In this document: in pieces, positions 39,401-48,574 of the stretch
Position numbering within the stretch: the first letter of the stretch is position 1
Layout of the letters: the number at the start of each line of letters is the position of its first letter
From: Pseudomonadota bacterium
GTDB taxonomy: Bacteria > Bdellovibrionota_B > Oligoflexia > Oligoflexales > CAIYRB01
Direction: 5' to 3'
Length of the DNA stretch: 64,000 bases
NCBI GenBank assembly: GCA_031416315.1
Contig: JANOTL010000146.1
Location: 1 to 64,000 of the forward strand
Program-made: the position numbers and the translations under genes
The notes under the pieces: generated by a model
The model's input: only the letters and a program-made list of their open reading frames with translations
Database searches by the model: none
Told to the model about the DNA's origin: nothing

Positions 39401-39445
39401 CGTGGCGAGCAAGACGGCAACGACCAATAATCCAAGCTTTTTCAC
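36416..39445 (-). CDS. Large multidomain lipoprotein with PEGA-like and TPR-like regions
   Basis: ATSC lipobox; several G.T…G Ig-like modules; LRVDSVPTGAAVKVEGKLIGKTPL; VINLG…GVKAGD.L.V; helical C-terminus. Confidence 0.8.
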   Translation of the reverse strand: MKKLGLLVVAVLLATSCMKREARVRFRVEAKTNQGDPVSAAIVALDGIELGRTNALGLFEGDTDLPVGARRRLEVKKESAQYYFAPYYETFSVGDAKPLDLDVAATLYFVPKPSANEVAGAKDVGASPTASPTTTTDTGVSASAEAEAKVEAAPPKDEDLTAVLAAEAAKATDVAAEIAAPEGDGAAEELAAEEPAADEPAAPAAIGTIEQSIVNPKPELAAVNLDFVAEQKPAVYPKPHRPDQGAHVFTVHVFAGEAPVAEAQVLLGQDEDGDLKVACTTNARGRCAIRFPEKPEGAVTFVAVKQGFKTKSVTATVDEKQILKIDLERGQTIDIFTVTKAYNFTTGLKDVEIYVNDKRVGVTDRFGRYSHVYEGKADDLITVTLKSKGYLPETYETDFVATGPMKLVRPFTPADPPSVRVAVLMPQPAGAVDAKAAAALQGPLDDAVKSAARKHLFSSAAFKEYPIALLDRASKRIGRGLPQMLRQGWGDTDLKATVDALLLPTIIPGPKPSLELSVVDSAGRVIAAAKEDLDNVNDKASVDRAVAVVAKKITRAFPFEGAVLSKEADKVVINLGYGAGRGVKAGDVLDVYGVVSANKGLVQEQKNIARLVIREVFDTTAKCAVQGLVSRATIERGDLVALRPRRVMEAGGAQIRVSGNLKGSGSDPIPQANVYFNDAWIGATDDQGRLYLDATGTGTIKVIRHGFQPVSKSVALTSQSRLDVSVKRETAFLRVDSVPTGAAVKVEGKLIGKTPLATPIPVPSGFVKVEIEAPGGGYKSYSQVLELDQGTLDLTGANAIQLESDQRTIAQRLLKEGKVEDALAAYEAIPKTHSDYLLARHEAGEIYLNVLDQPAKAAEAFGLVTADEGVKQFMDKRFIGSHVDEGIALFETAEKLGTDQPQAAAAHYKKAIEVLENVVPQLRFVMAEQYAQAVHNVDFHRALARHKLWLMSQDQAGLADTVRTWRSYLDGSARSLPAEGASKAYVENAQVYYRQAQASLGAAKNVSNQ

Positions 39446-39473
39446 GAAGGCTCCTCGCTCATCAGGCCCAAGC

Positions 39474-39878
39474 TCATAGATTCGGCGGCGTCAGCGTCGC
39501 CCCGCCGGCGCCGCGATCCGGGTCGCCGCCGTAGTTAGCGCCCACCGTCGACGCGCGCGCGCGCGGCACCGGCTTCATCTCGATTTCGAGCCCGTCGGTC
39601 TCGCCGAGCATGACGCGGCGCGACTCCGGGGCGAATCCGGGCACCAAGGCCTCGACGAGGTAGGGACCCGGCTCTAGCGACTCGCTCGCCGCAAAGCGAC
39701 CCGAGGAGTCGACCTCGACGACGACCGGCGCCGCCTTGTTGTCGGGAGCGAGACTCGAGATATTCACTCGCGCCTCTTTACTGGTGACGATGATGCCGCC
39801 CGGGCCTTTGAGCTGGCCCGCGAGGGTGGGCGCGCAGCCCGTGACGACGAGTGCCAAAGCCAACGCACGCAGATTCAT
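39474..39878 (-). CDS. Small lipoprotein, carboxypeptidase-regulatory-like Ig domain
   Basis: ATG coupled to the upstream stop; VTGC lipobox; DSSGRF…LEPGPYLVEA..PGF. Confidence 0.75.
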   Translation of the reverse strand: MNLRALALALVVTGCAPTLAGQLKGPGGIIVTSKEARVNISSLAPDNKAAPVVVEVDSSGRFAASESLEPGPYLVEALVPGFAPESRRVMLGETDGLEIEMKPVPRARASTVGANYGGDPDRGAGGATLTPPNL

Positions 39879-40561
39879 TGCACGTCCTTTCGGGAGACCC
39901 ACATGACAGAATCGGTACCGGGAACGACGACCAAGGCCGCGTCTCCGTCAAAGGAAACGGAGCGAAACATCGCGCCTTTCGGGATTTCGACCTTCACCGG
40001 CGAGCGCTCGGGAAAGCTCCGCGCCGCGGCGATCGGCTTCGTCGCGACGAGGGTCGGCAGATCCTCGACCTCGAGCGTCACGGGATCCTTCAGCGCTTCG
40101 CCGTCCGCGAGCGTCTGATGATGCACCCAGCCACGCCGGCCGTTGCCCGGCACGAACACTTTCTGCCAAACGCCGACCCGGTCAAAAAGGAGCACCGAGG
40201 TGCCCTGAGTCAGCACGAACTCCTCGAGGTCGAACTGCGCGCCAGGCCCCGAGCGCACTTCGGCCCGCGGTCGGCTCACCTTCGCGGCTAAGAGCATTTC
40301 GCCCGGCACGATGAAGCGCGCCGCGTCGGCCCGCACTTCGAGCGCGGTGCCGAACACCAGGGGCAGAATCGTCTCGGTCTTCAGAATCGAGGCGCGCGCC
40401 GGCGCTGGCGCCGCCTCGACGGCAGCGCTTGTTTTTTCAGCAGCCCGCGCCGCAATAAGCGACGAAGCCGCGCTCTTGTCGGCGGCCTCCGACTCGAGCT
40501 GCGGCGTCTGACACGCGACCAGAAGGGTCGCGAGCGCGAGCGTTAGTTTCCGGCCTCCCAT
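39875..40561 (-). CDS. SH3b-like domain lipoprotein
   Basis: LVAC lipobox; VRSGPG…W.KV…GWV. Confidence 0.75.
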   Translation of the reverse strand: MGGRKLTLALATLLVACQTPQLESEAADKSAASSLIAARAAEKTSAAVEAAPAPARASILKTETILPLVFGTALEVRADAARFIVPGEMLLAAKVSRPRAEVRSGPGAQFDLEEFVLTQGTSVLLFDRVGVWQKVFVPGNGRRGWVHHQTLADGEALKDPVTLEVEDLPTLVATKPIAAARSFPERSPVKVEIPKGAMFRSVSFDGDAALVVVPGTDSVMWVSRKDVQ

Positions 40562-40565
40562 GGTC

Positions 40566-41630
40566 TCATCTCGTTCCTGAGCCGATCTTGATTTCGACCG
40601 GCACGTTGTAAGTCATTCGGTGGGCGCCCGTCTTGTCGGTGACGCCGATCTTGATGCCGGTAAAAGTGCCGGACTGCTCTTTCGCCACCGGAAAGCTGAA
40701 GCTCATCTTCTTGAACCTGCGGATGCCGAAGTTGGACGACTTTTGTAGCTCGCTCGGCTCGCCGTCCGCCTTCACGCCGATCGACGGCGGATCAGCGATG
40801 TAGGAGACCTCGCCCTTGTCGTTCGTGAAGGCCGCGACTGCCCAAATGTAACCCTCGGCGCGGTCGCCCGATTTGTTGGTCAGGTCGAAATTCAACTGCA
40901 GGGAGTCGGCCGCCGTCTGGATGACCGGGTTGCCAACGCTGACCTGCGACTTCTCGCCGGCGGGAGCGTTCGCGGCCGTCTCGGGCGCCTCTGGGGGGGG
41001 AGCCTTCGCGGCGAGCTTTTGCATGGCTGCATCTTTCGCGGCTTCCTTCGCTGCGAGCTTTTGCGCCAGAGCCTCCTTGGCGGCCTCTTCCTTCGCCGCC
41101 GCCTTCTGCTGCGCGAGCAGTTTGGCCGCTTCTTTTGCCGCTTCTTTTGCAGCCAACTTCGCGGCCGCCTTGCTCGCCGGCGTCTCCCGCTCCTTGGCGA
41201 TCGGCACCGGCTCGGTCGAATCGGCCGCCAGAACCTCCTTCGCCGCCTCGGCCGCCGCCGCTTCCATTTCCGCCTTTTCCTTAGCCTCGCGCGCAGGGCT
41301 CGCCGCCGCGATCAGGGCTTCGTCGCTCTGTGCGCCCTTGCCGGGATAGGCGATCTCGTAGACGCCGTCGTAGCGAGTCTCGTACTCGAACACAGTCGCC
41401 ATCGACGCCCGGAGCGAGCGGGTCAGGCCATCATTATCCTTATGAGCCTGGGCAAGCAGCAGAGCGCTGCCGACGGCCCAAACCATGGTCCCCAGTGCCA
41501 AAAATAGCGTCAGCTGCGCCCGACCCAGAGGGATCTTGAGCGACCGGGTCCGCGACGAGTCGACGAAGTAGATGATGTTCAACGTCTTCTTGCGCGGGCT
41601 TTGCGGCTGTTCAGGGTCGGACTTACCCAC
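40566..41630 (-). CDS. Single-TM protein with an Ala/Lys/Glu-rich helical stalk and a C-terminal beta domain
   Basis: One TM segment; LAAKEAAKEAAK repeats; start uncertain (41630 or 41666). Confidence 0.7.
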   Translation of the reverse strand: MGKSDPEQPQSPRKKTLNIIYFVDSSRTRSLKIPLGRAQLTLFLALGTMVWAVGSALLLAQAHKDNDGLTRSLRASMATVFEYETRYDGVYEIAYPGKGAQSDEALIAAASPAREAKEKAEMEAAAAEAAKEVLAADSTEPVPIAKERETPASKAAAKLAAKEAAKEAAKLLAQQKAAAKEEAAKEALAQKLAAKEAAKDAAMQKLAAKAPPPEAPETAANAPAGEKSQVSVGNPVIQTAADSLQLNFDLTNKSGDRAEGYIWAVAAFTNDKGEVSYIADPPSIGVKADGEPSELQKSSNFGIRRFKKMSFSFPVAKEQSGTFTGIKIGVTDKTGAHRMTYNVPVEIKIGSGTR

Positions 41631-41805
41631 AGGGGCCTCCAGCGACGGGCTCCTAAACGGAAACACCGGGCAAAAATGGTCCGGTGTTCAACTTTTGACG
41701 GCTTTGCTTCCTAAAAGAGTATGCCGGTGGAGCCCCGAACGCAACCGGAGCGCATCCCAGGAGATTCTTTCCACAAAGCGCGATTCGCGGTAAATTGGCC
41801 AAGCG

Positions 41806-43008
41806 ATGCTCACGCCGACCGCCAACGCCCCGACCCTTCGGGTCGCCATCTATCGCACCTCGAGCCTCGGCGACACGGTGCTCGCGACCGCGTGCCTCGA
41901 CCTCTTGGAGAAGCTCGGCGTGCCGACCGAGGTGACCTGGATCGGCCGTGGCGCCGCGCTCGACGTCATCGCGCAAGCGTGGCCGGCGGTGAAGACTCTC
42001 GACCTCGCGCGCACGGCGACGCTCGCCGACCTTCAGCGCGCCGTAGACCAGCTGCAGCATCAGCACCTCCTCGTCGATCTGCAGTGCAACCTTCGCTCGC
42101 AATGGCTGGCGCGCAACCTCAAGGCGCTGCACGGCGTGCCCTTCTTTTCGGCAGACAAAGCCCAGCTTCTGCGCAGCCGCCTCCTCGTCGAAGCGCGCGT
42201 ACGCGGCCGCAGGAAGCCCTTGCCCGAGCGAGCCCGCATCGCGCCTCGCCCGCAGTACGAGATGATGTGTGACGCGCTCCGCCGAGCGCTGCGTCACCAC
42301 CTGCCCGTCGAGATGCGCGACGGGCTCGAGACCGCGGTCGTCCGCCCGCGCTTGTCGATCCCCGACGCCTTCCAAACTCCCTGGCGCAAAGAGCTACGCT
42401 TTGGCGCCTGGCTCGCCGTCGCGCCCGGAGCGGCGCATCCCACCAAGCAGGCGCCGCTTGGGCTCATGCGGGACGTATTGGTCAAAGTGCGCGAGGGGCT
42501 CCTGCGTCTCGGCGGCGATGCGCCTCCGACTCTGGGACTCGCCTTCTTCGGCGACGACAACGACCGCGCCTCGGCGCGCACGCTTCTTGACGATCTCGGC
42601 TGGCGCGATCCGGTGCTGAATATGGCCGGCCGTCTCTCGCTCTGGGAGACCGCCGTCGCGCTGAGCGAGTCGAGCTGCCTCCTGAGCAACGACTCCTCCC
42701 TCGGCCACATCGCTGAGGCCGTCGACACGCCCGCCGTCCTTCTCTTCGGCCCGACGGTCGAGGGCTTCGGGTTCGGGCCGCGCATGCGCCAAAGCCGCGC
42801 GTTCTCGAGTCTGGTCGGCTGTCGTCCCTGCTCGAAACACGGCAAGGTCGACTGCCGCTACGGCGACAAGCTCTGCTTCACCACCTTGAGCTCCGACGCG
42901 ATCGCCGATCACCTGATCTCCCTGATCGTCGCGCCGGAGTCGCGACACCTGCATCGCACTGGCTTCACAACCTCCGCGCGGCCCGCCGCGCCCGAAGCGT
43001 TCGCGTGA
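41806..43008 (+). CDS. Glycosyltransferase family 9 (LPS heptosyltransferase-like)
   Basis: SSLGDTVL, DLQ, PGA….K and SNDSSLGHIAEAVDTP…FGPT. Confidence 0.88.
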   Translation: MLTPTANAPTLRVAIYRTSSLGDTVLATACLDLLEKLGVPTEVTWIGRGAALDVIAQAWPAVKTLDLARTATLADLQRAVDQLQHQHLLVDLQCNLRSQWLARNLKALHGVPFFSADKAQLLRSRLLVEARVRGRRKPLPERARIAPRPQYEMMCDALRRALRHHLPVEMRDGLETAVVRPRLSIPDAFQTPWRKELRFGAWLAVAPGAAHPTKQAPLGLMRDVLVKVREGLLRLGGDAPPTLGLAFFGDDNDRASARTLLDDLGWRDPVLNMAGRLSLWETAVALSESSCLLSNDSSLGHIAEAVDTPAVLLFGPTVEGFGFGPRMRQSRAFSSLVGCRPCSKHGKVDCRYGDKLCFTTLSSDAIADHLISLIVAPESRHLHRTGFTTSARPAAPEAFA

Positions 43009-44303
43009 TCCGAGCGGCGCTCTTCCTCGTTTACTCGCTCCTCCTAGCGCTACCTTTCCGGATCGTGCGACTCGCCGCGCGCTGGAACCCGAAGCTCGCG
43101 CGCCAATTCGGCGATCGGCCGACGGCGGCGGCGCTCGCCGCCAACGTCGCGCAGCCACGCGCCGCCTTTCGCCGCGCGGTCCTCTTCTTCGTCAGCTCGG
43201 CCGGCGAATACGAGCAAGCGAAGCCGCTGATGGACCGCCTCGTCGCGCGACGCGACACGTATCTCCACGTCCTCTTTTTCTCGCGCTCGGGCCTGGAGTA
43301 CGCGAAAGCGCGCGGCGAGACCGTGCCGTATGCGCTCGTTCCCGCTACCGATTCCGTCTTCGACTGGGGCCACTTCCTGACGGCGCTCCGCCCCGATGTC
43401 GTCTGCGTCGTCCGCTACGAGCTCTGGCCCGGGTTCCTGGAGAGCGCGCGCCACTTCGCCAAGCTTTACCTCATCGACGCTTCGCGCGGGGTCGGCGAGG
43501 CCAGCTCACGCGTGAAGCGCTGGGCGCGACGCTCGATGCTGCGCACCTTCGACGGTATCTTTGCGGTGAGCGAGGCGGACGCCGCCTTCTTCCGCAGTGA
43601 GTACGACATTGCCCCTGAGCGCGTCCTCGTCGCCGGCGACACGAAATACGACCGCGCCCGCGAGCGCGCCCTGGCGAAACGGCCCGAGGTCGAAGCTTTA
43701 CGCGCCAAGCTCGACGCCATGGCGCCCGGCCGCCGGCGCCTCGTCGTCGGCAGCGCTCATCCCCCGGATCTCGCCTGTCTCCTCGGGGCGCTCGCGGCCA
43801 GCCCGGCCTGGGATAAGACCTGGCAAATCGTGGTCGCGCCGCATCACATAGGTCGTGATAACGTCGAGGCGATGACGTCACTCTGCCGCGCTCAAGGTCT
43901 CGATCCCGTCTGCTGGAGCCAAGCTCCCGCCTCGGGCTCGCTCGTGTTCCTCGACACGATGGGCATGCTTGCCGAGGCGTACGGCGCCGGCGAGGCCGCT
44001 TTCGTCGGCGGCGCCCTGCATCACAAAGTCCACAACGTCCTAGAGCCTGCCGCTCACGGACTCGCCTTGGCGTTCGGTCCCCATCACCAGACGAGCGCCG
44101 AGGCGGTGGATCTCGTCGCGCAAAAGGCCGCGACCGTCGTCGACACGAGCACGGCCTTTGCGACCTGGTGGCACAGCCAGGAATCCCAAAGCCCCGCCGC
44201 GAGCCGCGACGATCGCATCGCCCGCGTGACCGGCCTTGCCGGCGCCGCCGACCGCATCCTTGCGACCTGGCAGACGACGCTGGACGGTCAAGATGTCCGA
44301 TAG
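43005..44303 (+). CDS. kdtA: 3-deoxy-D-manno-octulosonic acid (Kdo) transferase
   Basis: SSAGE, ELWPG, GDTKYD, DTMGML…Y, FVGG and HNVLEPA. Confidence 0.88.
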   Translation: MIRAALFLVYSLLLALPFRIVRLAARWNPKLARQFGDRPTAAALAANVAQPRAAFRRAVLFFVSSAGEYEQAKPLMDRLVARRDTYLHVLFFSRSGLEYAKARGETVPYALVPATDSVFDWGHFLTALRPDVVCVVRYELWPGFLESARHFAKLYLIDASRGVGEASSRVKRWARRSMLRTFDGIFAVSEADAAFFRSEYDIAPERVLVAGDTKYDRARERALAKRPEVEALRAKLDAMAPGRRRLVVGSAHPPDLACLLGALAASPAWDKTWQIVVAPHHIGRDNVEAMTSLCRAQGLDPVCWSQAPASGSLVFLDTMGMLAEAYGAGEAAFVGGALHHKVHNVLEPAAHGLALAFGPHHQTSAEAVDLVAQKAATVVDTSTAFATWWHSQESQSPAASRDDRIARVTGLAGAADRILATWQTTLDGQDVR

Positions 44304-45819
44304 GCAGCTGATCATCAACGCCAACTCTTCCGAGACGCGCATTGCGCTGCTGGAGAAAGAGCGCCTCGCCGAGCTCTTCATCGAGCGCCACCTGGACCGC
44401 GGCATCGTCGGCAACATCTATCTCGGCACCGTGATGCGCGTGCTTCCGGGCATGCAGGCCGCCTTCGTCAACATCGGCGCCGAGCGGACCGCCTTCCTTT
44501 ACGGCGGCGACGTCATCGACCCCGATTCGCTGAAAGAGCAGCGCGACGCCGCCGCGGTCGCCGACCTCTCACCCGAAGAGCTGCGCGAGCGCAGCGCCAA
44601 ACAGCGCAAACCGATCGAGAAGCTCATCCGCGAAGGCCAACAGATCGTCGTCCAGGTGGCGAAAGAGCCGCTCGGCACGAAGGGCGCCCGCGTCACGACC
44701 TTCCTCTCGCTGCCGGGGCGCTACCTCGTCCTGATGCCCGACTTCACCCACATCGGCATCTCGCGCCGGATCGAGGAGGAGGCCGAGCGCCTGCGCCTCA
44801 TCGAGGTCGTGAAAGAGATCAAGCCCGAAGACGTCGGCATCATCGTGCGCACCGCGGCCGCCGGCGTCGAGGCCGTGCACCTGCAAAAAGACGTGAAGTT
44901 CCTGCTCAAGCTGTGGAAATCCGTCGAGGCGAAGAAGCGTCGGGGCGAGTCTCCGTCTCTTCTCTATCAAGATCTGAACTTGGTGCTGAAGACGACGCGC
45001 GACCTCTATTCCGAGGAGGTCGACCGCATCGTCGTCGACGATGCGGAGACCTACGAGGACCTGAAACGCTTTCTCGCCGCGACCATCCCGGGCGCCGGCA
45101 AGAAGCTCTTCCTCTACGAAGAGCAGCTGCCGATCTTCGACGTCTACGGCATCGAGATGGACATCGGCCGCGCCCTGAGCTCGCGGATCGAGCTGCCTTC
45201 GGGCGGCTATCTCGTCGTCGACCAGACCGAGGCGCTCACGTCCTTCGACGTGAACACGGGCAAATACGTCGGCTCCGCCAGCGCGCACGAGACGATTCTC
45301 AAGACCAACCTCGAGGCCGTCAAAAAGGTCGTCGCCCAACTACGCATCCGCAACATCGGCGGCATCATCGTCATCGACTTCATCGACATGGAGCGCCTCG
45401 AGGACCGCGAAAAGGTTTTCACCCTCCTGACCGACGAGCTGAAGAACGATAAGGCGCGCACGAACGTCCTGCGCATCAGCGAGCTCGGCCTCGTGCAAAT
45501 GACGCGCAAGCGCACGAGCGAATCCCTCGAGCGGCAGCTCATGGAGCCGTGCCCGTACTGCGAGGGCCGCGGCCGTATCCGCAGCACGATGACTGAAGCC
45601 TACGACCTCCTGCGCGAGATCAAGCGCCACACGCTGCAAACCAGCCAGCGCTCGATCAAGGTGAAGGTCAGAGACGACATCCGCGACTTCATTCTCCGCG
45701 AGGAGCATGAGCTCTTCGAGAAACTGATCAAGGATTTCGAGCTGCAGATCGAATTCAAGACGACCGCCATGACGGCCGCGGCCTTGAACGACGATCCTTA
45801 CGAGATCATCTCGGTTTGA
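44293..45819 (+). CDS. rng: Ribonuclease G (Rne/Rng family)
   Basis: GNIYLG.V.RVLPGMQAAFV, KEPLGTKGAR, DVNTG, GGIIVIDFIDM and CPYCEGRG; no long RNase E tail. Confidence 0.93.
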   Translation: MSDRQLIINANSSETRIALLEKERLAELFIERHLDRGIVGNIYLGTVMRVLPGMQAAFVNIGAERTAFLYGGDVIDPDSLKEQRDAAAVADLSPEELRERSAKQRKPIEKLIREGQQIVVQVAKEPLGTKGARVTTFLSLPGRYLVLMPDFTHIGISRRIEEEAERLRLIEVVKEIKPEDVGIIVRTAAAGVEAVHLQKDVKFLLKLWKSVEAKKRRGESPSLLYQDLNLVLKTTRDLYSEEVDRIVVDDAETYEDLKRFLAATIPGAGKKLFLYEEQLPIFDVYGIEMDIGRALSSRIELPSGGYLVVDQTEALTSFDVNTGKYVGSASAHETILKTNLEAVKKVVAQLRIRNIGGIIVIDFIDMERLEDREKVFTLLTDELKNDKARTNVLRISELGLVQMTRKRTSESLERQLMEPCPYCEGRGRIRSTMTEAYDLLREIKRHTLQTSQRSIKVKVRDDIRDFILREEHELFEKLIKDFELQIEFKTTAMTAAALNDDPYEIISV

Positions 45820-45902
45820 TCCTAGCTCGCAACACATCGTTGCGAGAACCGTTGTGGGGGCCGTGCGGCACGGGTAGAGCGGATGCATGAGCCCTGAGCT
45901 CG

Positions 45903-46178
45903 ATGATGCTCGCATCGGCGACGTCGGCGCTGCTCAATAACGGCTGGCTCGACGATCTGAATCCGGTGACGACTGCGGGCTCGATCGAAGTGAGGGTGGC
46001 GTTCGCGAAGACGGTCGACGGCTTTATGAAGCTCGCTCCTGGCGAGGGCGTGTTTCTCGGCGGCTACGTCTGCGAAGAGGACACGACCGATTGCTTCTCG
46101 CTCACCACACGCCTCGGCGCCATTCGCTCCGTACAAGGCAGACCGAAAAGGGCGGTTCGGCTGGTGAGCGGCCTCTAG
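45903..46178 (+). CDS. Small hypothetical protein or gene remnant
   Basis: 91-aa ORF; no clear RBS. Confidence 0.3.
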   Translation: MMLASATSALLNNGWLDDLNPVTTAGSIEVRVAFAKTVDGFMKLAPGEGVFLGGYVCEEDTTDCFSLTTRLGAIRSVQGRPKRAVRLVSGL

Positions 46179-46365
46179 GGGAACGTGTCGCGGGCGCATC
46201 GACAGAGTGTCGCCGATGGAGCGCGAGGGGTTATTTTTATTATAATTTCAATTAGATACGGTCATACGCCCCCAGCTCCACACCCGAGCCTCAAGTCCGC
46301 AAGCCACTATCCCGACTAGTCCTCCGTCTGGAAAGCCGAGAGTTTCCCAACCGTTCGGGTTCGAC

Positions 46366-48516
46366 GTGGCGCACTGCATCCCCGAGAAAACCGTCCGCAC
46401 TCTCATCGTCGAGCCCTCCGACGTCAAGAGAACGATGCTCGCGGTCGGCATGCGTGAGCTGGGATTTCGCAACGTCAAAGCGACCAGGTCAATCGCGGAA
46501 GCGCTGGCATTGATCGAGAGCGACGAGGAAATGCCCGAGTGGATTCTGTCGCCGTTGCTCGGCGACGAGCCCGTCAATGCACTCAACATGTTAACGCTTT
46601 GCATCAAGGAACCGGCGCTCCACGCTTGCCGCGTCAGCCTTTTTCTCGCCCCCGACGAGCGCGATTGCCTCGTCAATGCCTTCGAGCTCGGTCTGTTCTC
46701 CTGCCACGATCGGTCGTCCGACGTCGGCTCGCAGCTTCTGCGCGTCGAGGAGCTCAGTCAAATCTGCGAGCGTTACGCCGGCGACGACTGTTTGATCGCG
46801 GCCCACTACCTCCGCGCCCACCTGGCCAAGAGCGAGATGTTCCGGGACCTCCTGCGCCTCGATACGGCGATGCTTGCCCTTTTTCCCAAGAGCGAGCGCT
46901 GCCTGTTGCAACTCGCCGAGGCGCTATTTCTCAACGACCGCCCGCAGGTCGCATTAATGGCGCTGGCGCGCGCGCCCGAGCTTCAGCCTGAGGCAGCCGA
47001 GACGGCGCGGCGGCTGATCGACCAGATCACGACCGCGTCGGGCTTCACCTCGACCGGCGAGGTCCAGTTCGCGGCGCGGCACGGTCTTCGCTGCTGCGTC
47101 GTCGTCGATCCAGACGGCGCCACGGTGAAGCTCCTCGGCGAAGCCTTGAGGGCGCTCGGTGTCCCGAGGATCGAGACCTTCGGAGACGGCGAGGCAGCTT
47201 GGGAGTTTCTGCGGACGGCACCCGAGCCGGATCTGATCATCCAAGAGTGGCGTCTGCCCAAGCTCTCGGGCAGCCTTCTGATCCAGCGCCTGCGCTCGAA
47301 AGGTCGAGCCATGGTGCCGATCATCGTTTACAGCTCGGTCGTCAAAGGCAACATCGACCACATCTTGCTGCGTGAGCTGGGCGTCACCGACGTCCTGGAG
47401 AAGCCGAAGCCGTTGAAGCAACTCATTCCGATTCTCTGCACGATCGTCAAGGAGCACCTGACGCCACACAAGCCACAGAGTGCCGTCCTCAGAATCCGCC
47501 GGCTCCTCATGACGAGGGACTTTGCGGCGGCGCAAAACTTGTTCGAAGAGCTGAACCGCGGCCCGGGCACCCTTCCCGAAGCGCTACGCCTGCACATGCT
47601 TGCCGAATTGGCGTTCCACCAGGGCCGTTACGTCGAGGCGGGCTACCTCGCCGCCGAGGCGCTGCAGACCGGCGGCGAGGACTTGCTGGTCCTGAACCTC
47701 CTCGGCAAGACTTACACGAAGTTGCGCCAGTTCGAGCAAGCCCAAGCATTTTTCAGCCGCGCGACGGCCATCTGCCCGCAAAACATCGAACGGCTTTGCC
47801 AGCTCGCCCAGGTGCAGAGCGAGCTCGGCCTGGGCGCCGCCGCCGCCGGCTCCTTGGACCGAGCCAGGTCATTCGACGGCCAAAGCGAGACCGTGGCCGA
47901 GGCCGGAGCGAAGATCGCACTCGTGCGCGGCGACACGGAAGGCGCCAAGGAGCTGCTGACCCAGCTGGAATCGTTTTCGGGGGTGATCGCCTTCATGAAC
48001 AATCGGGCCGTCGCGCTCGCGCTTCAGGGAAAATGGGCGGACGGCATCGCCATGTATGAAAGGACGCTCGCCGCCATGCCGGAAGAAATGGGCGGTCTCA
48101 AGTCCATGGTCAGCTTCAATCTCGGCCTTGGCCTGGTGAAAAGCGGCGATCTCGCGGCCGCTAAAGCCCCGCTCGCGGCCGCGGTCGCCTATGACTGCGG
48201 TCCGGTCACTGCCAAAGCGCGGTCCCTGCTCAAGCGCCTCGAGCGGTCTTTGGCCACGGGGGAGCCGCTCAAGCTCAACACCGGCGAGGGCGGCCGCCAC
48301 GACGAAGGCCGCGACGAGGAAATGGCCACCCCCGAGCCGCGTACCTTGCCCGTCGCCCTCGACGTCGAGCTCGGGACCATGCGATGCCACCTAGTCTTCC
48401 ACAGCGGACGAGGCGTCGAAGCGCGCGTTGCGATGCTGATCGCCGCCAGCCCCCGCTTCGCGATGCGGCCTTCGATACTGCGCGGCAAGACCGGGTCCAA
48501 GAAGGCGGCGTACTGA
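46366..48516 (+). CDS. Protein with two atypical receiver domains and TPR repeats
   Basis: LIVEPS…PEWILS and VVVDPD…PDLIIQEW.LP…EKP; TPR-like helices. Confidence 0.8.
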   Translation: MAHCIPEKTVRTLIVEPSDVKRTMLAVGMRELGFRNVKATRSIAEALALIESDEEMPEWILSPLLGDEPVNALNMLTLCIKEPALHACRVSLFLAPDERDCLVNAFELGLFSCHDRSSDVGSQLLRVEELSQICERYAGDDCLIAAHYLRAHLAKSEMFRDLLRLDTAMLALFPKSERCLLQLAEALFLNDRPQVALMALARAPELQPEAAETARRLIDQITTASGFTSTGEVQFAARHGLRCCVVVDPDGATVKLLGEALRALGVPRIETFGDGEAAWEFLRTAPEPDLIIQEWRLPKLSGSLLIQRLRSKGRAMVPIIVYSSVVKGNIDHILLRELGVTDVLEKPKPLKQLIPILCTIVKEHLTPHKPQSAVLRIRRLLMTRDFAAAQNLFEELNRGPGTLPEALRLHMLAELAFHQGRYVEAGYLAAEALQTGGEDLLVLNLLGKTYTKLRQFEQAQAFFSRATAICPQNIERLCQLAQVQSELGLGAAAAGSLDRARSFDGQSETVAEAGAKIALVRGDTEGAKELLTQLESFSGVIAFMNNRAVALALQGKWADGIAMYERTLAAMPEEMGGLKSMVSFNLGLGLVKSGDLAAAKAPLAAAVAYDCGPVTAKARSLLKRLERSLATGEPLKLNTGEGGRHDEGRDEEMATPEPRTLPVALDVELGTMRCHLVFHSGRGVEARVAMLIAASPRFAMRPSILRGKTGSKKAAY

Positions 48517-48574
48517 CCCCCTTTTGCGAGGTCCCATCAGTCGCCTTCGCCGCGCTACCCTCCATATGCTAAGA

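Noticed and set aside
46231..46258. AT-rich tract as a dif/Xer site
   Set aside because: It does not match the XerD arm (TTATGTTAAAT) or the 11-6-11 layout.
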